From Escherichia coli (GTDB taxonomy: Bacteria > Pseudomonadota > Gammaproteobacteria > Enterobacterales > Enterobacteriaceae): 64,000 nt of DNA. Position 1 is the stretch's first letter; each line of letters opens with the position of its first letter. Below, one piece after another: positions 1 to 11,431 of this stretch. Location of the stretch: the NCBI RefSeq assembly GCF_003991155.1, contig NZ_CP031293.1, one strand, 5' to 3'. The notes under the pieces were generated by a model that was given only the letters and a program-made list of their open reading frames with translations, did no database searches and was not told the DNA's origin. A program made the position numbers and the translations under genes.

Positions 1-1
1 A

Positions 2-163
2 GCATTAGGCGGAGAAATTAAGGAAGGAAGAGGTTCGCGTTGTAAGTTCATACTAAATATGAGCGTTGCGTGTTTCCATCGGCCTCATCCGTCGCCAGAT
101 ACCGATAAAGGCGCTGTAGAAAGCGTGCGTGACTGGTTACTAAGTATAGGGGTAAAACCATGA
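2..163 (+). CDS. HicA-family toxin-like protein, 5' end truncated by window edge (partial)
   Basis: Open frame running to TGA at 161..163, overlapping the downstream ATG as ATGA. Translation ...EGRGSRCKFILNMSVACFHRPHPSPDTDKGAVESVRDWLLSIGVKP resembles the HicA fold pattern (GS-x-x-x-F ... HP ... D ... G ... L..G). Hand translated; not in ORF track. Confidence 0.45.
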   Translation, partial: ALGGEIKEGRGSRCKFILNMSVACFHRPHPSPDTDKGAVESVRDWLLSIGVKP

Positions 164-519
164 TCAAACTGAAGACGCCAAACTCTATGGAGATTGCCGG
201 GCAACCTGCTGTTATCACTTACGTGCCAGAACTGAATGCATTTCGTGGCAAATTCCTGGGCTTGTCAGGTTATTGTGATTTTGTCTCTGACAGCATTCAG
301 GGGCTGCAAAAAGAAGGGGAGCTTTCCCTGCGAGAGTATCTTGAGGATTGTAAAGCTGCGGGTATTGAGCCGTATGCGCGTACAGAAAAGATTAAGACCT
401 TTACATTACGCTATCCAGAATCGCTGAGTGAACGCCTTAATAATGCGGCTGCGCAGCAACAAGTCTCTGTAAATACTTATATTATTGAAACGCTAAATGA
501 GCGTTTGAATCATTTATAA
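160..519 (+). CDS. HicB-family antitoxin-like protein with C-terminal ribbon-helix-helix-like segment
   Basis: ORF track 119 aa. N-terminal region YVPELNAFRGKFLGLSGYCDF and C-terminal KIKTFTLRYPESLSERLNNAAAQQQVSVNTYIIETLNERL look like a HicB antitoxin with an RHH DNA-binding tail. Start overlaps upstream stop (ATGA). Confidence 0.6.
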   Translation: MIKLKTPNSMEIAGQPAVITYVPELNAFRGKFLGLSGYCDFVSDSIQGLQKEGELSLREYLEDCKAAGIEPYARTEKIKTFTLRYPESLSERLNNAAAQQQVSVNTYIIETLNERLNHL

Positions 520-572
520 ATTTTAGCGGCGTGCATTACGCAGAGTATCTGCCTTTACAGGATCTATCTATG

Positions 573-607
573 TAACTGAACTTAATTTTATAAATTAAGT
601 TCAGTTA
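573..607. terminator. Near-perfect 16-bp-arm inverted repeat between convergent hicB-like gene and nikR; possible bidirectional terminator
   Basis: taactgaacttaattt / aaattaagttcagtta arms read directly from sequence; followed by T-rich tract on + strand. Confidence 0.4.
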
Positions 608-638
608 ATATCTTTTCTTTCCTCGTTTTAGAAATAAC

Positions 639-3441
<2,803 letters not shown>

Positions 3442-3445
<4 letters not shown>

Positions 3446-4386
3446 GCGTGGGCTCCTTCATGACGACGAATACGCGGGTCCAGCGCGGCGTTGAGCAAAT
3501 CGACAATCAAATTACAGACCACAAAAACCACCACCATCATCAGCGTAAAGCACTGGATCACCGGATAGTCACGGTTGAAAATCGCCGACACCGCATAGCG
3601 CCCGACGCCCGGCCAGGCAAAGATGTTTTCGATAATCATCGTCCCGCCAATCAGTTCGCCAATGTGCATCCCCACGGCGGTGATCATCGGCAGCGAGGCA
3701 TTGCGCAGGATGTGGCGGCGTTCGGTCTGTTTGTCGTTCAGGCCGCGCAGTCGCGCCCAGGTCACATGACGCTGACCGGCGACGTCCAGCATACTGGCGC
3801 GCAGCAGACGCGCGTTAATCGCCAGCGACATAAAAGCGATGGAAACCGCAGGCAAAATGATGTGCTGCCAGCCGCCGTAACCCATCGCGGGCAGCCATTG
3901 CAGATACACTGAAAATGCCATCACCAGTAAAAACGCCAACCAGAAGTTAGGCATCGACACGCCAAGAAACGCGATAAAACGCACGGCGAAATCCGGCAGG
4001 CGGTCGCGATGGCGCGCCGCCCAGATGCCGAGCGGCACGGAAGTGAGCAGAATTAATACCAGCGCCGCACCCGCCAGCTCCAGCGTGGCGGGCAGGAAGG
4101 TCAGCATATCGTCCAGCACCGGGCGTTGGCTGGCGAATGAGATACCAAAGTCAAGATGCAGCGCTTTCCACAACCAGGTTCCGTACTGCACGTACAACGG
4201 CTGATCCAGCCCCAGCATGGTGCGGGTAGAAGCCAGCATTTCCGGCGTCGGCGGCAGGTTAGACAGACGCAGATAATCGAGCGCCGGGTCGCCGGTGCCG
4301 AGGCGCAGCATCAGAAAAATGATCACCGAGGCGGCGAGCACCATCGGGATCAGCAGCAGAAAGCGGCGTAATACATAACGCAACAT
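3442..4386 (-). CDS. nikB: Nickel ABC transporter permease NikB
   Basis: ORF track 314 aa polytopic membrane protein; 4-nt overlap with nikC. Confidence 0.93.
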
Positions 4387-5960
4387 TAAGGTTTCACCGG
4401 TTTAATCTGTTCGAACGGGATTTCGGTGGCGATCGGCGCGTAGGGGATGTTACCCAGTTCCGGTTTTGAAACCACCATCATTGAGATATAGCTGATGGGC
4501 AGATAAACCGCCTCGTTATGCAGACGGGTCAGAATGTCGCGATACAGTGCCTGACGTTGTGTTTCGTCGTGTGTCGCCAGCACTTCGCCAATCTCTTTAT
4601 CAATCAGTGGCTTGTCGGCTAAACCTTGCTGTGCCTGGAAGTCAGCGTGCGACGGTACGCGCATTGAACTCAGGAAGGCGTGTGGATCGTATGGCGCGCC
4701 CCAGGTACGGTGGAAAATCATGCCAAAACGACCGTCGCGCTGACGAGCATAGATACTGCTCTCTTCTTCGCCGATCAGCGTGACATCCGCGCCAATCTGG
4801 CGCATATCAGCCTGAATGATTTCGGCCATTGATTTGCTTAACGCATCGGTGCCGATGAACGACAGTTCAATGCGCAGCGGCTGACCATTTTTCTCGCGGA
4901 TGTCTTTGCCTGCGGGCAGCGTCCAGCCTGCTTGTTCCAGCAACGCTTTCGCTTTCTGCGGATCGTACTGGCGCGGTTTCAGGCCGAGATTGGCATAGGG
5001 CACGGAAGGGGCAAACAGGGTGTCGGCGACCTGCTGGGTGCCATACAACGCGTTATCGATCAGCGATTTTTTGTTTACCGCGTAATTAAGAGCTTCACGG
5101 ACTGCCAGCTCGTTGGTGGGGGCTTTGGCAGTATTGAGCGCCAGCATCACGGTTTCGATCGGCTGTGACAGTTGGGTGTGGTAAGCCGGGTTCTGGCTAA
5201 AGCGGGCGAAGGTATCGAGCGGTAATAGCCCTTCATTACCGTATAGTAGATCGATATCGCCGGTTTCAAACGCTACTGCGCGGGTAGTCGGGTCCGGGAT
5301 CACGTTAAAGGTGATCTTTTTAATCGCCGGCTTTTCGCCCCAGTAGTTTTCGTTACGGACGAAGACATCGTACTGATTCAGTTTCGATTCCTGTAAAACC
5401 CACGGCCCGGTGCCAATCGGCGCTTTAATTCCGTTCATGGTTTCGTGGTTTTTAAACTGCGAGGGGGCGATAAAGCGGAAAGGACGGGGCAGGGCCAGTT
5501 CTTGCAGGAAAGGGTAGTAGGCGCTTTTCAGGGTGATTTGCAGCTCGGTTTTACTGAGAGCTTTGACATCAACAATCTGGTTTGCCAGCTCCAGCCAGGC
5601 GTGACGTTGACGGTTGTCGAGCACAGCGCGGAAGTTTTCTGCCGCGGCCTCTGCATCAAACGGTTCACCGTTAGAGAATTTCACATCATCACGCAGGGTG
5701 AAGGTCCAGGTTTTGCCATCTTCTGAATGGGTCCAGCTTTTTGCCAGCCACGGGATCACCGAACCGTCTGCCTGATATTTCACCAGTGGTTCATAAACCA
5801 TGCTCTGGGCGAACATTTGGTTAGGCGTGTAAAGGTGCGGGTTTAGTGGCCCGACATTCACCGGCCAGGCGGTGGTGATTTCATCTGGTGCAGCGGCATG
5901 GACGATAAAAGACGCACAAGCCAGCAGCGCAAATAGAGTGCGGCGGAGTGTAGAGAACAT
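4386..5960 (-). CDS. nikA: Periplasmic nickel-binding protein NikA
   Basis: ORF track 524 aa with signal peptide; family 5 substrate-binding protein; first gene of nik operon. Confidence 0.93.
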   Translation of the reverse strand: MFSTLRRTLFALLACASFIVHAAAPDEITTAWPVNVGPLNPHLYTPNQMFAQSMVYEPLVKYQADGSVIPWLAKSWTHSEDGKTWTFTLRDDVKFSNGEPFDAEAAAENFRAVLDNRQRHAWLELANQIVDVKALSKTELQITLKSAYYPFLQELALPRPFRFIAPSQFKNHETMNGIKAPIGTGPWVLQESKLNQYDVFVRNENYWGEKPAIKKITFNVIPDPTTRAVAFETGDIDLLYGNEGLLPLDTFARFSQNPAYHTQLSQPIETVMLALNTAKAPTNELAVREALNYAVNKKSLIDNALYGTQQVADTLFAPSVPYANLGLKPRQYDPQKAKALLEQAGWTLPAGKDIREKNGQPLRIELSFIGTDALSKSMAEIIQADMRQIGADVTLIGEEESSIYARQRDGRFGMIFHRTWGAPYDPHAFLSSMRVPSHADFQAQQGLADKPLIDKEIGEVLATHDETQRQALYRDILTRLHNEAVYLPISYISMMVVSKPELGNIPYAPIATEIPFEQIKPVKP

Positions 5961-5998
5961 GGTAACCCCAATGGATTAAAATAGATGGCGGAAATAAG

Positions 5999-6026
5999 TA
6001 TGACGATTTTAAGTATTCGTCATACT
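5999..6026. promoter_or_regulatory. NikR operator (GTATGA-N16-TCATAC) in nikA promoter
   Basis: gtatgacgattttaagtattcgtcatac read directly upstream of nikA; matches the established NikR operator half-site spacing. Confidence 0.7.
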
Positions 6027-6070
6027 GATTACCTGTTCTGGATCAATAGATGGGCAGTCGGGTGGGCGGA

Positions 6071-6658
6071 TCAGTTAACTGAATCGATCCATTGCACACT
6101 GTCGGCGGTGAGCGTAAAGGGGGTAGGGGTGCAGATCGCCAGGCTTAAATTTTCTAGCTGACAATGGCTGACTGACAGCGAGGAGTTATAGGTGCTGTCT
6201 ACGCTGACGATTTGCCAGGCGCTGCCGCCACGCTGTTTAACGATGGCTTCTTTGCGCGTCCAGATGCGCCAGAACATTTCCAGTTGCTGATCAGGATGCA
6301 CGGCGTCCATCTCGGCATGTTCCCCAAGGCTGAATACGGCGTTCGCCAGCCAGCGCCAGTTGGCGCGCGGGCGAATCACTTCGATATCGCAGCCGACTTC
6401 GCCTTCATCGCTCAACAGCAGGGCGATATCGTCACCGCTATGGCTTAAGTTGAACCATAGCGGCGTTTCCGGCGCGAATGCAGGTTTGCCTTGTTCGCCA
6501 TAGATGATCTCCGGTAGCGGGGAAAGCGTGTGCGAAAGCAATGCACGCCCCGCCAGCCAGCGTTCGCGTCGTGGACCTTGCGGTGCTTGCTCGCGTAAAC
6601 CCGGTGGCAGAGGAGCTGCGCTTAAGGTCGAAACTTTCCCCAGAACTATCCGATACAT
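6071..6658 (-). CDS. acpT: Holo-ACP synthase-like phosphopantetheinyl transferase AcpT
   Basis: ORF track 195 aa; synteny between nikA and yhhT. Confidence 0.88.
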   Translation of the reverse strand: MYRIVLGKVSTLSAAPLPPGLREQAPQGPRRERWLAGRALLSHTLSPLPEIIYGEQGKPAFAPETPLWFNLSHSGDDIALLLSDEGEVGCDIEVIRPRANWRWLANAVFSLGEHAEMDAVHPDQQLEMFWRIWTRKEAIVKQRGGSAWQIVSVDSTYNSSLSVSHCQLENLSLAICTPTPFTLTADSVQWIDSVN

Positions 6659-6712
6659 ATCAGGGCCAACGTTTAATGGAAAATGAAAGTGCGTATCGTA
6701 ACACTTGTCGCC

Positions 6713-7762
6713 TCATCCCGGTAATCGACTTTTCGGTCTGCCCGGTCCCAGTAAAATCGCCAGTTTGCTACCGCCTTTGGTGGTTTCCATCCAGATTTTA
6801 CACACGCTGGTTAATGGTACCGAAAGTAGCATCCCTACCGGGCCGAGCAGCCATCCCCAAATTAACAATGAAAGAAATACCACCATGGTGGACATCCCCA
6901 GGCGATGGCCCATCATCCGTGGTTCTAAAATATTGCCGATGACCATATGGACCACTAAAAACAATGCGCCGACCAGAATACATTCGTAAACGCCATTAAA
7001 CAGCAGCACCTGAATCATTGGCGGTACGGCGGAAATTACCGCGCCGATATTGGGCACGTAGTTGAGCAAAAACGCCAGTACTGCCCACATCAGCGCAAAC
7101 TGTACGCCCATTAGCGCCAGCCCCAGCCAGACGATTACGCCTGTCCATAAACTTAGCAGTGTCTTCAATGCAAGATAGTGCGAAACACCTTTTAAGGCGC
7201 GGTGTAGTCCGGCGATGTGAATCTGTGGATTATTCAACGCAAAACGCATTTTGTAAGGGACGTGGCGCACTTCAAACAGCATGAAAACTACGGTCATCAC
7301 CAGCAAAAGCACGCTCGCCATTGCCCCGGAAAGCCCGGTCATTAGCGCCGTGGTGAAGGTAACCATTTTTTCCGAGTCCATCCGCTGCAGCATTCGCTCC
7401 GGCGACATATGCAAATTAAGAAAAGGCAACATCTCCTGCAATTTAAAAAGTTTGCGCGTCAGCTCCTTATTAAACTTCGGCAGCATAGAGATAAATTCGT
7501 TAAACGATGCCGCCAGTACGCCGACCAGCGCGGTTAGTGCGATCAGCATCACCACCACCACAATCGTAATGGCAACGGGGCGTTGTACTCCCCGACGAAT
7601 AAACCAGGTGACGAGCGGGTTGAGGACGATGGCAAAAAACAGCGCCAGTAACAGCTGCACAATGATATCTGCCGCTGCGTGAATTCCCGCGAGGATCACC
7701 ACCAGCGAGGCCAGCTTGAGCAGAATGTGCATGCCCGTTTTATCGGGTTGAGGGGTTTCCAT
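6713..7762 (-). CDS. yhhT: AI-2E family transporter YhhT
   Basis: ORF track 6713..7843; start moved to internal Met (METPQPDKTGMHILL...) giving 349 aa; polytopic membrane protein. Confidence 0.88.
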   Translation of the reverse strand: METPQPDKTGMHILLKLASLVVILAGIHAAADIIVQLLLALFFAIVLNPLVTWFIRRGVQRPVAITIVVVVMLIALTALVGVLAASFNEFISMLPKFNKELTRKLFKLQEMLPFLNLHMSPERMLQRMDSEKMVTFTTALMTGLSGAMASVLLLVMTVVFMLFEVRHVPYKMRFALNNPQIHIAGLHRALKGVSHYLALKTLLSLWTGVIVWLGLALMGVQFALMWAVLAFLLNYVPNIGAVISAVPPMIQVLLFNGVYECILVGALFLVVHMVIGNILEPRMMGHRLGMSTMVVFLSLLIWGWLLGPVGMLLSVPLTSVCKIWMETTKGGSKLAILLGPGRPKSRLPG

Positions 7763-7893
7763 TGGGGCTTCCTTGTGACTTTTTGTATTAAGTGTAGCGG
7801 GAGTCACGCCAGCAATATTCTGATTCTTACTGCTGATTTTCACGTCAGCACGTGGTAAAAATGAAACACTGTTGTAAAAATGTGGTGATCCTC

Positions 7894-9111
7894 ATGCCCG
7901 AACCCGTAGCCGAACCCGCGCTAAACGGATTGCGCCTGAATTTGCGCATTGTCTCCATTGTCATGTTTAACTTCGCCAGCTACCTCACCATCGGGTTGCC
8001 GCTCGCTGTATTACCGGGCTATGTCCATGATGTGATGGGCTTTAGCGCTTTTTGGGCAGGATTGGTTATCAGCCTGCAATATTTCGCCACCTTGCTGAGC
8101 CGCCCTCATGCCGGACGTTACGCCGATTTGCTGGGACCCAAAAAGATTGTCGTCTTTGGTTTATGCGGCTGCTTTTTGAGCGGTTTGGGGTATCTGACGG
8201 CAGGATTAACCGCCAGTCTGCCCGTCATCAGCCTGTTATTACTGTGCCTGGGGCGCGTGATCCTTGGGATTGGGCAAAGTTTTGCCGGAACGGGATCGAC
8301 CCTATGGGGCGTTGGCGTGGTTGGTTCGCTGCATATCGGGCGGGTGATTTCGTGGAACGGCATTGTCACTTACGGGGCGATGGCGATGGGTGCGCCGTTA
8401 GGTGTCGTGTTTTATCACTGGGGCGGCTTGCAGGCGTTAGCGTTAATCATTATGGGCGTGGCGCTGGTGGCCATTTTGTTGGCGATCCCGCGTCCGACGG
8501 TAAAAGCCAGTAAAGGCAAACCGCTGCCGTTTCGTGCGGTGCTTGGGCGCGTCTGGCTGTACGGTATGGCGCTGGCACTGGCTTCCGCCGGATTTGGCGT
8601 TATCGCCACCTTTATCACGCTGTTTTATGACGCTAAAGGTTGGGACGGTGCGGCTTTCGCGCTGACGCTGTTTAGCTGTGCGTTTGTCGGTACGCGTTTG
8701 TTATTTCCTAACGGCATTAACCGTATCGGCGGCTTAAACGTGGCGATGATTTGCTTTAGCGTTGAGATAATCGGCCTGCTACTGGTTGGCGTGGCGACTA
8801 TGCCGTGGATGGCGAAAATCGGCGTCTTACTCGCGGGGGCGGGGTTTTCGCTGGTGTTCCCGGCATTGGGCGTAGTGGCGGTAAAAGCGGTTCCGCAGCA
8901 AAATCAGGGGGCGGCGCTGGCAACTTACACCGTATTTATGGATTTATCGCTTGGCGTGACCGGACCACTGGCTGGGCTGGTGATGAGTTGGGCGGGCGTC
9001 CCGGTGATTTATCTGGCGGCGGCGGGACTGGTCGCAATCGCGTTATTACTGACGTGGCGATTAAAAAAACGGCCTCCGGTGGAAATACCTGAGGCCATCT
9101 CATCATCTTAA
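7894..9111 (+). CDS. yhhS: MFS transporter YhhS
   Basis: ORF track 7852..9111; start moved to ATG at 7894 (MPEPVAEP...) giving 405 aa; 12-TM MFS-like. Confidence 0.88.
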   Translation: MPEPVAEPALNGLRLNLRIVSIVMFNFASYLTIGLPLAVLPGYVHDVMGFSAFWAGLVISLQYFATLLSRPHAGRYADLLGPKKIVVFGLCGCFLSGLGYLTAGLTASLPVISLLLLCLGRVILGIGQSFAGTGSTLWGVGVVGSLHIGRVISWNGIVTYGAMAMGAPLGVVFYHWGGLQALALIIMGVALVAILLAIPRPTVKASKGKPLPFRAVLGRVWLYGMALALASAGFGVIATFITLFYDAKGWDGAAFALTLFSCAFVGTRLLFPNGINRIGGLNVAMICFSVEIIGLLLVGVATMPWMAKIGVLLAGAGFSLVFPALGVVAVKAVPQQNQGAALATYTVFMDLSLGVTGPLAGLVMSWAGVPVIYLAAAGLVAIALLLTWRLKKRPPVEIPEAISSS

Positions 9112-9114
9112 AAC

Positions 9115-9672
9115 TTACTGAATAACCAGCGTATTAATGATGTTTTCTGCGGTGGTCTGTGCTTTTTGCTGATCGTCAGCGGGCAGCGTAATTTGCATGG
9201 TTAGCAGTTGATTACCCACGTTACCCAGAATAACGGAAGAGTACGCCGTCTGGCCTTTCGCGGAGATAATGCTGTCTAACTGCTGCATTTTGTGACCTTT
9301 CAGCTCAATGGCTTTATTGGTTACCACTTGCAGCTGCGGATCGCGGCTACGTTGCTGATCTTCCAGGCGCTTCGCCAGCACCGCCAGATCTTCTTTCGGA
9401 TCATCGCCCATGATGACGATGACTGCTTTCTGCCCGGTGGCGTCGGACCAGACATGCATGTTATTAGCCTGCGTTCCCAGCTTACCGCTCTGGTCGGTCA
9501 TATCCGCTGGCAGCGAGAAACTTAACTTGCCATCAAGCAGGTTGACGGGATTCCCGGTAGCGTTACTTTCCGCGACCGAACCCTGCGCCGTAGCGTTAGT
9601 GTCTTTATCATCACAGGCCGCAAGCCCCATAACCAGCAGGCCAATTCCGACATATTTAACCAGATTGCGCAT
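9115..9672 (-). CDS. dcrB: Periplasmic lipoprotein DcrB
   Basis: ORF track 9115..9726; start moved to [20 protein letters not shown] (lipobox) giving 185 aa. Confidence 0.88.
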
Positions 9673-9744
9673 TGAATTCTTCCTTTCGATAAACGGCCAT
9701 AACGGCTCATTCATCCATCTTATCACAACTCTGATAACGAACCT

Positions 9745-10410
9745 TTAACTCGCCTGCAAAGCGTTGATTTCGGATTTATCTGCCAGTCTTTTCAACAGCA
9801 TATTGAGTAATACGCCATACATTGGCAGGAAGAAAACGATACTGATTAACACTTTGAAACAGTAATCGACCAGCGCGATTTCCATCCAGTGTTCAGCCAT
9901 AAAGGCATCCGGGCTACGCCAGAAGGCAATGAAGAAGAAGGCCAGCGTGTCGCTGACGTTACCAAACAGGGTGGAAGCCGTCGGTGCCAGCCACCAGTGA
10001 CGACTCTGACGCAGGCGGTTAAAAACGTGCACGTCGAGGATCTGCCCCAGCGCGTAGGCCATGAAACTGGCGGTGGCGATACGGGCGACAAACAGGTTGA
10101 AGTGGGCGAGCGCGCCGAATCCTTGCCATGACCCCATATAAAACAGCGATGAGATGATGTAGGAGATCAGCAATGCGGGGATCATTACCGCAAAGATGAT
10201 GCGACGAGCCAGCGGTGCGCCAAAAATACGCACAGTCAGGTCGGTAGCAAGGAAAATAAACGGAAAGCTAAACGCGCCCCAGGTGGTATGGAAACCAAAA
10301 ATGGATACGGGAAGCTGAACCAGATAGTTACTGGAGGTGATCACCAGAAGATGAAATAACGATAACCAGAACAACGCCTTATAGCGTTGAGTTTGCGAGA
10401 AAACGTTCAT
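9745..10410 (-). CDS. yhhQ: Queuosine-precursor transporter family inner membrane protein YhhQ
   Basis: ORF track 221 aa; polytopic membrane protein; synteny. Confidence 0.88.
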   Translation of the reverse strand: MNVFSQTQRYKALFWLSLFHLLVITSSNYLVQLPVSIFGFHTTWGAFSFPFIFLATDLTVRIFGAPLARRIIFAVMIPALLISYIISSLFYMGSWQGFGALAHFNLFVARIATASFMAYALGQILDVHVFNRLRQSRHWWLAPTASTLFGNVSDTLAFFFIAFWRSPDAFMAEHWMEIALVDYCFKVLISIVFFLPMYGVLLNMLLKRLADKSEINALQAS

Positions 10411-10630
10411 ATTGTACCTTTTTGATTAACCATTGGGGTGAGGGAACCCAATACGTACGACACGTCTGTTACCTTAACATAATAACGTGCTGACCCTTTT
10501 TTCGAGCCGCCGCATGATACTGCTTTACGTTAACAATGCAATGGTTAATTTTCACGCAATCGTTAACCTGGTTTGCTTACGGACTCACAGGGCGTAAACT
10601 AGCGCCGTTTTTTTATGTGATGAGAAGAAA

Positions 10631-10876
10631 ATGACCGATCTCTTTTCCAGCCCTGACCACACACTCGACGCACTTGGCCTGCGCTGCCCGGAACCAGTAA
10701 TGATGGTGCGCAAAACAGTGCGCAATATGCAGCCAGGTGAAACGTTGCTGATTATTGCTGACGATCCGGCGACGACACGCGATATTCCTGGGTTTTGTAC
10801 CTTTATGGAACACGAACTGGTTGCGAAAGAGACGGATGGACTGCCTTATCGTTATTTGATTCGCAAATCGGGGTAA
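10631..10876 (+). CDS. tusA: Sulfur carrier protein TusA
   Basis: ORF track 81 aa; conserved CPxP motif (LRCPEPVM). Confidence 0.95.
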
Positions 10877-10929
10877 GGTGGATCAGGCTAGCGGACCGAT
10901 CGCGCTCAATTTTGCGGCTTGCAACCGGT

Positions 10930-11070
10930 TTGTAGGACGGATAAAAAGTTCAAGCTGCATCTGGCGATACGGTGCGCAATGCCTGATGCGACGCTGTCGC
11001 GTCTTATCATGCCTACGAGTTCGATGCCCTGTGTAGGCCAGATAAGGCGTTTACGCCGCATCCGGCACGC
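10930..11070. repeat. BIME / REP element cluster
   Basis: REP-type palindromic units gcctgatgcgacgctgtcgcgtcttatcatgcctac and tgtaggccagataaggcgtttacgccgcatccggca read from sequence. Confidence 0.7.
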
Positions 11071-11090
11071 AAACGTAATGGAATGCACAA

Positions 11091-11399
11091 ATGGATTATT
11101 TAATTCCAGTTTGTCTGGCATTGCTGGGATTGCTCGCGATCTTCACCCCCAATTGGCTGATCCCTGTTTTTATCGTCGTGGGGGGATGGCTGGGGGTACT
11201 TGCCTGGGGTTGGCTCTGGCTAATGATTTTTTTACCTTTACTTAACGGTGTCGGGCTTGCTTATGCCCTGTGGTTGATGTTCAAAAGGCCATCCATAGCA
11301 TCCCGCCTGGTTGCTGCATGCTGTGTTATCTCCGTCATTCTGATGTTAGCGCTTTATTATGCTTTCCTGACTATGCCGCCGTTCCCGCCTCAGCACTAA
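11091..11399 (+). CDS. Hypothetical small Trp-rich membrane protein (about 3 TM segments)
   Basis: ORF track 102 aa in the convergent tusA/zntA gap, just downstream of the BIME; strongly hydrophobic, coding-like codon usage by eye; weak RBS. Not a gene I recognise. Confidence 0.35.
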   Translation: MDYLIPVCLALLGLLAIFTPNWLIPVFIVVGGWLGVLAWGWLWLMIFLPLLNGVGLAYALWLMFKRPSIASRLVAACCVISVILMLALYYAFLTMPPFPPQH

Positions 11400-11431
11400 G
11401 CCTGATAGCCAGAGGCTATCAGGCAACACTT

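Noticed and set aside
6713-7843. Long N-terminal extensions in the ORF track (yhhT 376 aa, also yhhS, dcrB, yhhL, yhhY, livJ, livK, ugpC, ggt, asd, glgC, glpD, glpE)
   Set aside because: The longest ORFs include upstream in-frame codons; internal Met or TTG starts give products matching the expected family N-termini, so the shorter starts were used.
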